Shown here: in pieces, positions 10,999 to 21,428 of the stretch | How positions within the stretch are numbered: position 1 is the first letter of the stretch | Layout of the letters: each line of letters starts with the position of its first letter | NCBI GenBank assembly: GCA_963663765.2 | Contig: CAXXUA010000006.1 | Span: 32,001-96,000, forward strand | Source: Candidatus Poribacteria bacterium | Lineage (GTDB): Bacteria; Poribacteria; WGA-4E; WGA-3G | Reading direction: 5' to 3' | Length of the DNA: 64,000 bases | Translations under genes and position numbers: made by a program | Notes under the pieces: model-generated | Seen by the model: only the letters and a program-made list of their open reading frames with translations | Told to the model about the DNA's origin: nothing | Databases searched by the model: none

Positions 10999-11147
10999 GT
11001 CTGAACCAGGATTTTCAGGATTATCGGATTACCAGGATTTTCCCCATCAAGTGTTTATGCTTAGAGAAGTCTATTTTTCAATGGAAATCAATGGCATAAA
11101 ACTCATAATCCTGTCCATCCGTTAATCCTGCAAATCCTGGTTCAGAC
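10999..11147. repeat. Representative of the GTCTGAACCAGGATT...AATCCTGGTTCAGAC inverted-repeat element family
   Basis: The same termini with 9-bp (CAGGATT) sub-repeats recur, e.g. ~1880-2082, 7230-7380, 13305-13454, 14123-14318, 20217-20370, 22248-22553, 26320-26457. Confidence 0.8.
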
Positions 11148-11580
11148 AAATAACACCCGCGTAATCCGCGTAATCCCTGATTCAGAACACCAAATCCGCG
11201 CAAACGGTCGGGGTTGAAAACCCCTCCCACAAGACTTACTTTTACCCATAAGTCAAATTGGAGGTACAAAGGCACGCCATGCTGCTGTAGGAGGGGTTTC
11301 TAACCCCGATAGATTACAGAAAACTGGTCATAAGAACTAAAAAATCTTGTGAAACTTGTCTAAAAGGCCTATAACGGTATTCTACATCTAAAATATTGGT
11401 CAGTTTTCAGGTGTTTTTGAGCAATAGGCACCCACAAAAGACTTAACGGACTATACCCAAAAACTTATGGGTAATTGTAAGCCCACAAGAAGGGTGTTGA
11501 TATGTGTTTATGATCATTTCGGAATAGGATGTGGTGGGATAATCCTGATAATCCTGGTTCAGACAATAAAACCCGCGTCA

Positions 11581-11991
11581 TCAACTCACAATGCGCTGTT
11601 GTTCCAGCACCTCTATTTTTCGGTAAAGTTCCTCAAGTTTTCTCTCAAACTCCCTTTGTTGTCTGCCTTGCAGCACAGAGATGAACTGCGGAATGCCGAT
11701 AGCAACAACAATCAACGCAATCAATCCATAAGTGATGTTGATGCCATACGTGACCCGTTTATCTACACTCTGAATCTCTTTTTCAACAGAATCAAATCTG
11801 ACATTCACATAATCCTTCATCCGTGCTTCGGACGCGGCTATCTCTTGCTTTAACTCTTTCTTGGCTACTGCTATCTCATCCTTGACAACTAACCTGATCT
11901 TATCCAGGTCTTCGGTAGATAGCGAGACTTGACTGAATGCTGGCACAGCGATAAGACTATATAAGATTGCGGTTATGCATAAAGTTTTCAT
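11581..11991 (-). CDS. Small signal-peptide / coiled-coil / single-TM protein, copy 1 (136 aa)
   Basis: MKTLCITAILYSLIAVPAFS signal, heptad region, TM ITYGLIALIVVAIGIPQFI; AAGGAG RBS. Confidence 0.8.
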   Translation of the reverse strand: MKTLCITAILYSLIAVPAFSQVSLSTEDLDKIRLVVKDEIAVAKKELKQEIAASEARMKDYVNVRFDSVEKEIQSVDKRVTYGINITYGLIALIVVAIGIPQFISVLQGRQQREFERKLEELYRKIEVLEQQRIVS

Positions 11992-12013
11992 TTGCGGGGC
12001 TCCTTGTATGCAT

Positions 12014-12042
12014 AGTGTAGTCTATTTATATTTGTTTGTCAA
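12014..12042 (-). promoter_or_regulatory. Promoter TTGACA-N17-TACACT shared by all five small-protein copies
   Basis: Nearly identical upstream block before each copy. Confidence 0.6.
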
Positions 12043-12449
12043 TAGGTTTCTTAAGGTAGGGCGTGTAAAGTTTTGGTTACTGTGCCGTAGGGGCGGGGTC
12101 TCCCCGCCCGAATAGAGGCTAATGCGGGCGAAGAAAACTCGCCCCTACGATGTCCACTATTCCCTTGTTACCCAACTTGTGGGAAGGGTATTCAACCCCG
12201 ATTTAACAAGTAGGCGGTGAATGCCTAAATGGCATTCATACCGTTGATTTCTTGATTACTTGATTTGGTGCTTTGTAAGCGCGCCCTCTTGTCCGAACAA
12301 GGATTTACAGGATTTTCGGATTACCAGGATTTACCATATCCAGGGTTTCTGCTGAAGGAAAGTCTATCTTCGGAATGGAAACCAACCGCTTCAGACACTA
12401 ATCCTGATAATCCAGTAAATCCTGGTTCAGACAAATAAAACCCGCGTCA

Positions 12450-12818
12450 TCAATTCACAATGCGTTGTTGTTCCAGCACCTCTATTTTTCGGTAAAGCTC
12501 CTCAAGTTTTCTCTCAAACTCCCTTTGTTGTCTGCCTTGCAGCACAGAGATGAACTGCGGAATGCCGATAGCAAAAACAATCAACGCAATCAATCCGTAA
12601 GTGATGTTGATGCCATACGTTACACGTTTATCAACAGAATCAAATCTGACATTCACATAATCCTTGATCCGTGCTTCGGACGCGGCTATCTCTTCCTTGA
12701 CGACATCGTTGACAATCAACCTGATCTTATCCAGGTCTTCGGTAGATAACGAGACTTGACTGAATGCTGGCACAGCGATAAGACTATATAAAATTGCGGT
12801 GATGCATAAAGTTTTCAT
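12450..12818 (-). CDS. Small coiled-coil membrane protein, copy 2 (122 aa)
   Basis: Paralog of 11581-11991, 14 aa shorter. Confidence 0.8.
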   Translation of the reverse strand: MKTLCITAILYSLIAVPAFSQVSLSTEDLDKIRLIVNDVVKEEIAASEARIKDYVNVRFDSVDKRVTYGINITYGLIALIVFAIGIPQFISVLQGRQQREFERKLEELYRKIEVLEQQRIVN

Positions 12819-13630
12819 TTACGGGGCTCCTTGTATGCATAGTGTAGTCTATTTATATTTGTTTGTCAATAGGTTTCTTAAGGTAGGGCGTGTAAAGAGG
12901 TAGGGCGTGTAAAGTTTTGGTTACTGTGCCGTAGGGGCGGGGTCTCCCCGCCCGAATAGAGGCTAATGCGGGTGAGGTAATCTCGCCCCTACGATGTCCA
13001 CTATTCCCTTGTTCCCCAACTTGTGGGAGGGGTTTTCAAACCCGACTTTAACCAGTAGGCGGGGAATGCCTAAAGAAGCATGCGCGTATGGCATGCTCCA
13101 TGATTCATACCCGGGGAATGCTTAAAAGGCATTCATACCGTTGATTACTTGATTTGGTGCTTTGTAAGCGCGCCCCTCTTGCAGGCGGGGAATGCCTAAA
13201 GAAGCATGCGCGTATGGCATGCTCCATGATTCATACCCGGGGAATGCCAAAAGGCATTCATACCGTTGATTACTTGATTTGGTGCTTTGTAAGCGCGCCC
13301 TCTTGTCTGAACCAGGATTCACAGGATTTTCGGATTACCAGGATTTACCATATCCAGGGTTTCTGCTCAAGGAAAGTCTATCTTCGGAATGGAAACCAAT
13401 CGCTTCAGACACTAATCCTGGAAATCTGCTAATCCTGTCCATCCTGGTTCAGACAGAACATGTTGTGGGAGGGGTTTTCAACCCCGATTTAGCAATTTGA
13501 AACCTATATACTCGGGGTTACAAACCCCTCCCACAAGAAGGGTGTTTGATATGTGTATATGATCATTTCGGAATAGGATGTGATGGGATAATCCTGAAAA
13601 TCCTGGGTCAGACAAATAAAACCCGTGTCA

Positions 13631-14020
13631 TCAGCTCACAATGCGCTGTTGTTCCAGCACCTCTATTTTTCGGTAAAGTTCCTCAAGTTTTCTCTCAAAG
13701 TCCCTTTGTTGTCTGCCTTGCAACACAGATATGAACTGCGGAATGCCGATAGCAAAAACAATCAACGCAATCAATCCATAAGTGATGTTGATGCCATACG
13801 TGACACGTTTATCTACACTCTGAATCTCTTTTTCAACAGAATCAAATCTGACATTCACATAATCCTTGATCCGTGCTTCGGACGCGGCTATCTCTTCCTT
13901 GACGACATCGTTGACAATCAACCTGATCTTATCCAGGTCTTTGGTAGATAACGAGACTTGACTGAATGCTGGCACAGCGATAAGACTATATAAGATTGCG
14001 GTTATGCATAAAGTTTTCAT
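13631..14020 (-). CDS. Small coiled-coil membrane protein, copy 3 (129 aa)
   Basis: Paralog carrying the extra EKEIQSV heptad. Confidence 0.8.
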   Translation of the reverse strand: MKTLCITAILYSLIAVPAFSQVSLSTKDLDKIRLIVNDVVKEEIAASEARIKDYVNVRFDSVEKEIQSVDKRVTYGINITYGLIALIVFAIGIPQFISVLQGRQQRDFERKLEELYRKIEVLEQQRIVS

Positions 14021-14327
14021 TTGCGTGGCTCCTTGTATGCATAGTGTAGTCTATTTATATTTGTTTGTCAATAGGTTTCAATGGGGTTTTCAACCCCGAC
14101 CGTCAAAACACATGTGACGTCCTCCGTGCTTTTGTCTGAACCAGGATTTTCAGGATTTACGGATTTACAGGATTATGAGTTTGGAGCGTTATGCTGCTAA
14201 CCACAAGTAAGCATAAACGCGCATCATATATACCTGGATGTGGGAAATCCTTGTAATCTGTAAATCCCGGGGAATGCTATATAGCATTCATACCGTTGAT
14301 TTGAAATCCTGGTTCAGATAACCAACA

Positions 14328-15380
14328 TCACTCACTAACATCCCACATGCGCACGGTGTTGTCCACACTCCCACTTGCGATTGTGCTACCATCCGGACTG
14401 AACGCGACGCTCAAGACATTACCCGAATGCCCTGTGAGTGTGCGGATATGCGTGCCACTGTTTGCGTTCCACAATCGGATGGTATCGTCAGGACTGCCAC
14501 TTGCGAGTGTGCTACCATCCGGACTGAACGCGACGCTTACGACATAATGCGTATGCCCTGTGAGTGTGCGGAGATGTGTGCCGTTGCTTGCATTCCACAA
14601 ACGGATGGTATCGTCCCCAATCCCACTTGCGAGTGTGCTACCATCTGGACTGAACGCTACGCTGTTGACCCAATCCGTCTGTCCTGTGAGCGTGCGGATA
14701 TGTGTGCCAAAGTTTGGGTTCCACAAACGGATGGTATCGTCCGCACTGCCACTTGCGATTGTGCTACCATCCGGACTGAACGCTACGCTGTTGACCCTAT
14801 CCGTATGCCCTGTGAGCCTGCGGAGATGTGTGCCGTTGCTTGCATTCCACAAACGGATAGTAGCGTCATTACTCCCACTTGCGATTGTGCTACCATCCGG
14901 ACTAAATGCTACGCTCCTGACACTACTCGTATGCCCTGTCAACGTGCCGATATTTGTGCCATTGTTTGTGTCCCACACACGAACGGTTCTGTCCCCACTG
15001 CCACTTGCGATTGTGCTACCATCCGGACTAAACGATACGGTGTAGACATTATCCGTATGCCCTGATAGTATACGTATCTGTCTGCCATCGCTCGTGTTCC
15101 ACAAACGGATGGTATCGTCATTACTCCCACTTGCGATTGTGCTCCCATCAGGACTAAAAGCTACGCTGTTGACATAACCCGTATGCCCAACAAGTGTGCC
15201 TTCATAATAGGTTCTTTCAGGTTCTGGTGGTGGGTCTACGGGTGTTTGTGTGCCGTTATCCATTTTATCGTCATCCATCACCATTTTGTCGTCTTCTATA
15301 GGTGTGGTGGTCTCATCACCGCCGCACGCAACGAGCATCATGGCGAGGAATATGCTGAGTATCACTAAACTTCTTTTCAT
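14328..15380 (-). CDS. WD40-repeat lipoprotein
   Basis: ATG 15380 after AAGGAG; MKRSLVILSIFLAMMLVAC-GG; 7 WD40 repeats. Confidence 0.9.
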   Translation of the reverse strand: MKRSLVILSIFLAMMLVACGGDETTTPIEDDKMVMDDDKMDNGTQTPVDPPPEPERTYYEGTLVGHTGYVNSVAFSPDGSTIASGSNDDTIRLWNTSDGRQIRILSGHTDNVYTVSFSPDGSTIASGSGDRTVRVWDTNNGTNIGTLTGHTSSVRSVAFSPDGSTIASGSNDATIRLWNASNGTHLRRLTGHTDRVNSVAFSPDGSTIASGSADDTIRLWNPNFGTHIRTLTGQTDWVNSVAFSPDGSTLASGIGDDTIRLWNASNGTHLRTLTGHTHYVVSVAFSPDGSTLASGSPDDTIRLWNANSGTHIRTLTGHSGNVLSVAFSPDGSTIASGSVDNTVRMWDVSE

Positions 15381-15672
15381 AATATTCTCCTTTTGTATGT
15401 AATATTTGGACATATTACATCATAAACAAAAACATGTCAATGTAGGCGTGCATTGTCCGCGCGCCCTCTTGTCTGAACCAGGATTTACAGGATTACCAGA
15501 TTATCAGGATTATGAGTTTGGCGCATTATGCTGCTAACCACAAGTAAGCATAAACGCGCATCATATATACCTGGATGTGGGAAATCCTTGTAATCTGTAA
15601 ATCCCGGGGAATGCTATATAGCATTCATACCGTTGATTTCTTGATTTGAAATCCTGGTTCAGAGAACCAACA

Positions 15673-16695
15673 TCACTCACGCACATCCCACATGCGCACG
15701 GTGCTGTCATAACTACCACTGGCGAGGGCATTACCATCTGGACTAAACGCGACGCTGGTGACAAAATCAGTATGTCCTGTTAGCGTGCGGATATGTGTGC
15801 CATCATTTGCGTTCCACAAACGGATGGTCTCGTCAGGACTGGCACTGGCGAGGGCATTACCATCCGGACTAAACGCGACGCTCCAGACATCCAACTCATG
15901 TCCTGTTAGCGTGCGGATATGCGTGCCATCATTTGAGTTCCATACGCGCACGGTTTTGTCCGCACTGGCACTGGCGAGGGCATTACCATCCGGACTAAAC
16001 ACTACGCTGTTGACAGTTCCCGTATGCCCTGTGAGTGTGCGCTTATGTGTGCCATCATTTGCGTTCCATACGCGCACGGTGTTGTCCCTACTTCCACTCG
16101 CAAGGGTGCTACCATCCGGACTGAACGCGACGCTCAAGACATTACGCGAATGCCCTGTGAGTGTGCGGATATGCGTGCCACTGTTTGCGTTCCACAAACG
16201 GATGGTATCGTCCTGACTTCCACTTGCGAGTGTGCTGCCATCCGGACTGAATGCTACGCTTACGGCACCATCCGTATGCCCTGATAATATACGTATCAGT
16301 CTACCATCGTTCGTGTCCCACAATCGGATGGTATCGTCCCAACTCCCACTTGCGAGTGTGCTCCCATCCGGACTGAACGCTACGCTTACGGCACCACCCG
16401 TATGCCCTGATAATATACGTATCAGTCTACCATCGTTCGTGTCCCATAATCGGATGGTATCGTCCCAACTCTCACTTGCGATTGTGCTCCCATCCGGACT
16501 GAACGCTACGCTTCCGACAGCATCCGTATGCCCTTCAAGTGTGCCTTCATAATAGGTTCTGTCAGGATCTACTACGGGTGTTTGTGTGCCGTTATCCATT
16601 TTGTCGTCTTCTACGGGCGTGGTGGTCTCATCACCACCGCACGCAACGAGCATCATGGCGAGGAAGATGCTGAGTATCAATAAACTTCTTTTCAT
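15673..16695 (-). CDS. WD40-repeat lipoprotein
   Basis: MKRSLLILSIFLAMMLVAC-GG; 7 WD40 repeats, the first ones recently duplicated. Confidence 0.9.
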   Translation of the reverse strand: MKRSLLILSIFLAMMLVACGGDETTTPVEDDKMDNGTQTPVVDPDRTYYEGTLEGHTDAVGSVAFSPDGSTIASESWDDTIRLWDTNDGRLIRILSGHTGGAVSVAFSPDGSTLASGSWDDTIRLWDTNDGRLIRILSGHTDGAVSVAFSPDGSTLASGSQDDTIRLWNANSGTHIRTLTGHSRNVLSVAFSPDGSTLASGSRDNTVRVWNANDGTHKRTLTGHTGTVNSVVFSPDGNALASASADKTVRVWNSNDGTHIRTLTGHELDVWSVAFSPDGNALASASPDETIRLWNANDGTHIRTLTGHTDFVTSVAFSPDGNALASGSYDSTVRMWDVRE

Positions 16696-17023
16696 AATAA
16701 ACTCCTTTTATGTGTAATATTTGGACATAATACATCACAAACGAATATATGTCAATTATTTTGTCTCACTTGGGGTGTGTATGATGCATCTTGTGGGAGT
16801 GGTTTTCAACATAATCCTGGTTCAGACAGAATCACGGATTACACAGATTACACGGAAGACGCGTAGAAGAGTTACTGCATCAAGGTGTTTTGCAGAGGAT
16901 AGGCGTATTCTAAGGGATAGGATTTGTGGGATCTTATCCGCGTCTTCTGTGTAATCCGCGTAATCTACGATTCTGAACGCCAATCTCCGTGTAATCCGTG
17001 ATTCCGCACACCAATCCGCGTCA

Positions 17024-17392
17024 TCAACTCACAATGCGCTGTTGTTCCAGCACCTCTATTTTTCGGTAAAGTTCCTCAAGTTTTCTCTCATATTCCCTTT
17101 ATTGTCTGCCTTGCAACACAGAGATGAACTGCGGAATGCCGATAGCAACAACAATCAAAGCAATCAATCCGTAAGTGATGTTGATGCCATACGTGACCCG
17201 TTTATCTACAGAATCAAATCTGACATTCACATAATCCTTCATCCGTGCTTCGGACGCGGTTATCTCTTCCTTGACGACATCGTTGACAATCAACCTGATC
17301 TTATCCAGGTCTTCGGTAGATAACGAGACTTGACTGAATGCTGGCACAGCGATAAGACTATATAAGATTGCGGTTATGCATAAAGTTTTCAT
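17024..17392 (-). pseudogene. Small coiled-coil membrane protein, copy 4 (premature TAA)
   Basis: CAA>TAA at 17099-17101; homology continues in frame to the normal stop at 17024. Confidence 0.75.
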
Positions 17393-18207
17393 TTGCGGGA
17401 CTCCTTGTATGCATAGTGTAGTTTATTTATATTTGTTTGTCAATAGGTTTCTTAAGGTAGGGCGTGTAAAGAGGTAGGGCGTGTAAAGTTTTGGTTACTG
17501 TGCCGTAGGGGCGGGGTCTCCCCGCCCGAATAGAGGCTAATGCGGGTGAGGTAATCTCGCCCCTACGATGTCCACTATTCCCTTGTTCCCCAACTTGTGC
17601 GAGGGGTTTTCAAACCCGACTTTAACCAGTAGGCTGGGAATGCCTAAAGAAGCATGCGCGTATGGCATGCTCCATGATTCATACCCGGGGAATGCTTAAA
17701 AGGCATTCATACCGTTGATTACTTGATTTGGTGCTTTGTAAGCGCGCCCCTCTTGCAGGCGGGGAATGCCTAAATGGCATGCGCGTATGGCATGCTCCAT
17801 GATTCATACCCGGGGAATGCCAAAAGGCATTCATACCGTTGATTACTTGATTTGGTGCTTTGTAAGCGCGCCCTCTTGTCTGAACCAGGATTCACAGGAT
17901 TTTCGGATTACCAGGATTTACCATATCCAGGGTTTCTGCTCAAGGAAAGTCTATCTTCGGAATGGAAACCAACCGCTTCAGACACTAATCCTGATAATCC
18001 AGTAAATCCTGGTTCAGACAGAACATGTTGTGGGAGGGGTTTTTAACCCCGATTTAGCAATTTGAAACCTATATACTCGGGGTTACAAACCCTCCCACAA
18101 GAAGGGTGTTTGATATGTGTTTATGATCATTTCGGAATAGGATGTGATGGGATAATCCTGAAAATCCTGGGTCAGACAAATAGGACCATTTCTGTTTGGT
18201 GAGTATG

Positions 18208-18468
18208 TCAACCGACAGCGATGGCGTAATCGGTTAAAGATGGACTCCGCATCTTTGCACGTTTAGCTGCCTCTACTAATTCCTTGACAGTGTCAATGAG
18301 TGCATCCACTGTTTCAGGTGTGAAGGAGGGTTCTCCATCTTCTGGACACACCCATGCCCAGACCTTCTCTACGCGAACCGATATGTCGTCTTCGGTATAC
18401 TCAAAGACCGTTTGCCGCCACACTTTTTCTGTCTTATGTTCTGTGCAGATGGGTTTCGGGTTTGTCAT
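18208..18468 (-). CDS. YgiT/MqsA-type zinc-finger protein (antitoxin-like)
   Basis: C..H near the N-terminus and VRVEKVWAWVCPEDGEPSFTPET motif; follows a DUF4258-like gene. Confidence 0.7.
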   Translation of the reverse strand: MTNPKPICTEHKTEKVWRQTVFEYTEDDISVRVEKVWAWVCPEDGEPSFTPETVDALIDTVKELVEAAKRAKMRSPSLTDYAIAVG

Positions 18469-18474
18469 GGTATG

Positions 18475-18738
18475 TTACCTCTTTCTGCTTTTCCTACGTT
18501 GAAAGGTCGGTGGTTCCCATTGGAGTACATCAGGAATATAGGCGGTTATGATGTCAAGAATCACTGGTTGTGCATGCTCACAGACAACATGCAGATAGAC
18601 ATGTGTGCCATCCTCAAGCATTGTCATACCACTGATTAAGACTCGTTTATCTTCTGGATATTCCTCTATGATCTCGCCATTGAGAATTGCCTCAAGAATA
18701 TGCTTACGTTCAAATCCTTCTTTCAACGCATGCTGCAC
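18475..18738 (-). CDS. DUF4258-like (RelE/BrnT-fold) toxin-like protein, 5' end apparently frameshifted
   Basis: HA..HA..EAILNGEIIEEYP..RVLISG..LHVVC..IITAYIPD..W pattern; the expected N-terminus (IQNRIHAGHY) lies in another frame near 18755-18797. Confidence 0.7.
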   Translation of the reverse strand: MQHALKEGFERKHILEAILNGEIIEEYPEDKRVLISGMTMLEDGTHVYLHVVCEHAQPVILDIITAYIPDVLQWEPPTFQRRKSRKR

Positions 18739-19713
18739 AGCATGTGGTTTGGTAATGACCTGCGTGGATTCTATTCTGTATCGTTTTTTATATTCAAGAT
18801 TACTTTTCCATTAGCAGGTAAGGACACATGCTACCAATATTCATTAAAGGATATACTATAAAGGATATACTATTTTTGGACATTTGTCAATTGCTTTTTC
18901 AAAATCTGGCGTGTAAAGTTTTGGTTACTGTGCCGTAGGGGCGGGGTCTCCCCGCCCGAATAGAGGCTAATGCGGGCGAGGAAATCACGCCCCTACGATG
19001 TCCACTGTTCCCTTGTTCCCCAACTTGTGGGAAGGGTTTTCAACCCCGGCTTTAACCAGTAGGCTGGGAATGCCTAAAGAAGCATGCGCGTATGGCATGC
19101 TCCATGATTCATACCCGGTGAATGCCAAAAGGCATTCATACCGTTGATTACTTGATTTGATGCTTGTAAGCGCGCCCCTTCCCCTCTTGCAGGCGTGCTT
19201 TGTAAGCGCGCCCCTCTTGCAGGCGGGGAATGCCTAAAGGAGCATGCGCGTATAGCATGCTCCATGATTCATACCCGGGGAATACCATAAGGTATTCATA
19301 CCGTTGATTACTTGATTTGGTGCTTTGTCCGCGCGCCCTCTTGTCTGAACCAGGATTCACAGGATTACCAGATTACCAGGATTTCCAACATCCAGGAATA
19401 TATGATCTGCATTTATGCTTACTTTTGGTTAGCAGCATAATGAGCCAAACTCATAATCTTGAAAATCTGGTAATCCCGGGGAATGCCATAAGGCATTCAT
19501 ACCGTTGATTTCTTGATTTGTAAATCCTGGTTCAGACAGAACATGTTGTGGGAGGGGTTTTCAACCCCGATTTAGCAATTTGAAACCTAAATACTCGGGG
19601 TTACAAACCCCTCCCACAAGATGGGTGTTTGATATGTGTATATGATCATTTCGGAATAGGATGTGATGGGATAATCCTGAAAATCCTGGTTCGGACAAAT
19701 AAAACCCGCGTCA

Positions 19714-20103
19714 TCAACTCACAATGCGTTGTTGTTCCAGCACCTCTATTTTTCGGTAAAGATCCTCAAGTTTTCTTTCAAAGTCCCTTTGTTGTCAGCC
19801 TTGCAGCACAGAGATGAACTGCGGAATGCCGATAGCAAAAACAATCAACGCAATAAATCCATAAGTGATGTTGATGCCATACGTGACCCGTTTATCTACA
19901 CTCTGGATCTCTTTTTCAACAGAATCAAATCTGACATTCACATAATCCTTGATCCGTGCTTCGGACGCGGCTATCTCTTCCTTGACGACATCGTTGACAA
20001 TCAACCTGATCTTATCCAGGTCTTCGGTAGATAGGGAGACTTGACTGAATGCTGGCACAGCGATAAGACTATATAAGATTGCGGTTATGCATAAAGTTTT
20101 CAT
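19714..20103 (-). pseudogene. Small coiled-coil membrane protein, copy 5 (premature TGA)
   Basis: AGA>TGA at 19795-19797; otherwise the same length as copy 3 (390 bp). Confidence 0.75.
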
Positions 20104-20377
20104 TTGCGGGGCTCCTTGCATGCATAGTGTAGTCTATTTATATTTGTTTGTCAATAGGTTTCTATGGGGTTTTCAACCCCGACCGTCAAAACACATGTGA
20201 CGTCCTCCGTGCTTTTGTCTGAACCAGGATTTTCAGGATTTACGGATTTACAGGATTATGAGTTTGGCGCGTTATGCTGCTAACCACAAGTAAGCATAAA
20301 CGCGCATCATATATACCTGGATGTGGGAAATCCTGTAAATCTGCTAATCCTGTCCATCCTGGTTCAGACAATCAACA

Positions 20378-21288
20378 TCACTCACGCACATCCCACATGC
20401 GCACGGTGTCGTCATAACTGCCACTTGCGAGTGTGCTACCATCAGGACTGAACGCTACGCTTACGACATCATTTGTATGCCCTGTGAGTGTGCGGATATG
20501 TGTGCCATCGTTCGCATTCCACAAACGGATGGTGTTGTCCCGACTGGCACTGGCGAGCGTACTCCCATCCGGACTAAACGCTACGCTGCGGACCCTACCC
20601 GGATGCCCTGTGAGTGTGCGGATATGGTTGCCGTCATTTGCGTTCCACAAACGGATGGTGTTGTCAAAACTACCACTTGCGAGTGTGCTACCATCCGGAC
20701 TAAACGTTACGCTGTTGACATAATCCGTATGCCCTGTGAGCGTGCGGATGTGCGTACCGTTATTTGCGTTCCACAAACGGATAGTGTGGTCTCTACTACC
20801 ACTTGCGATTGTGCTACCAACCGACCGAACGCTACGCTGGTGACTTGCGACGTATGCCCTGTGAGTGTGCGGATATGTGTGCCGTTGCTTGCATTCCACA
20901 AACGGATGGTTATGTCCATACTCCCACTGGCGACTGTGCTACCATCAGGACTAAACGCTACGCTTAAGACCCAACTCGTATGTCCTGTGAGTGTGCGGAT
21001 ATGGTTGCCGTCATTTGCGTTCCACAAACGGATGGTATTGTCCTCACTCCCACTTGCGATTGTGCTCCCATCAGGACTAAAAGCTACGCTTGTGACATAA
21101 CCCGTATGTCCTACGAGCGTGCCTTCATAATAGGTTCTTTCAGGTTCTGGTGGTGGGTCTACGGGTGTTTGTGTGTCGTTATCCATTTTATCGTCATCCA
21201 TCACCATTTTGTCGTCTTCTATAGGCGTGGTGGTCTCATCACCACCGCACGCAACGAGCATCATGGCGAGGAATATGCTGAATATCAC
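20378..21288 (-). pseudogene. WD40 lipoprotein pseudogene, duplicate of 14328-15380
   Basis: Frameshift near 20820 (SPDG codons damaged) and a short deletion removing the ATG/MKRS relative to its paralogs. Confidence 0.8.
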
Positions 21289-21428
21289 TAAACTCCTTTT
21301 GTATGTAATATTTGGACATATTATATCATAAACGAAAACATGTCAATTGTTTTGTCTCACTTGTAGGCGTGCTTGTAAGCGCGCCCCTCTTGTGTGAGGT
21401 TTTTCTCTTGTGGGAGGGGTTTCAACCC

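Noticed and set aside
19795-19797. Selenocysteine in small-protein copy 5
   Set aside because: The paralogs have AGA (Arg) here, not Cys, and there is no redox motif
2243-21100. Long antisense ORFs over WD40 genes (e.g. 2243-2962, 9755-10591, 14427-15065, 20477-21100)
   Set aside because: Shadow frames of repetitive coding DNA, with no RBS or recognisable domains
11581-21288. Diversity-generating retroelement (template/variable repeats)
   Set aside because: Differences between the copies I compared are not adenine-specific, and no reverse transcriptase is in the window
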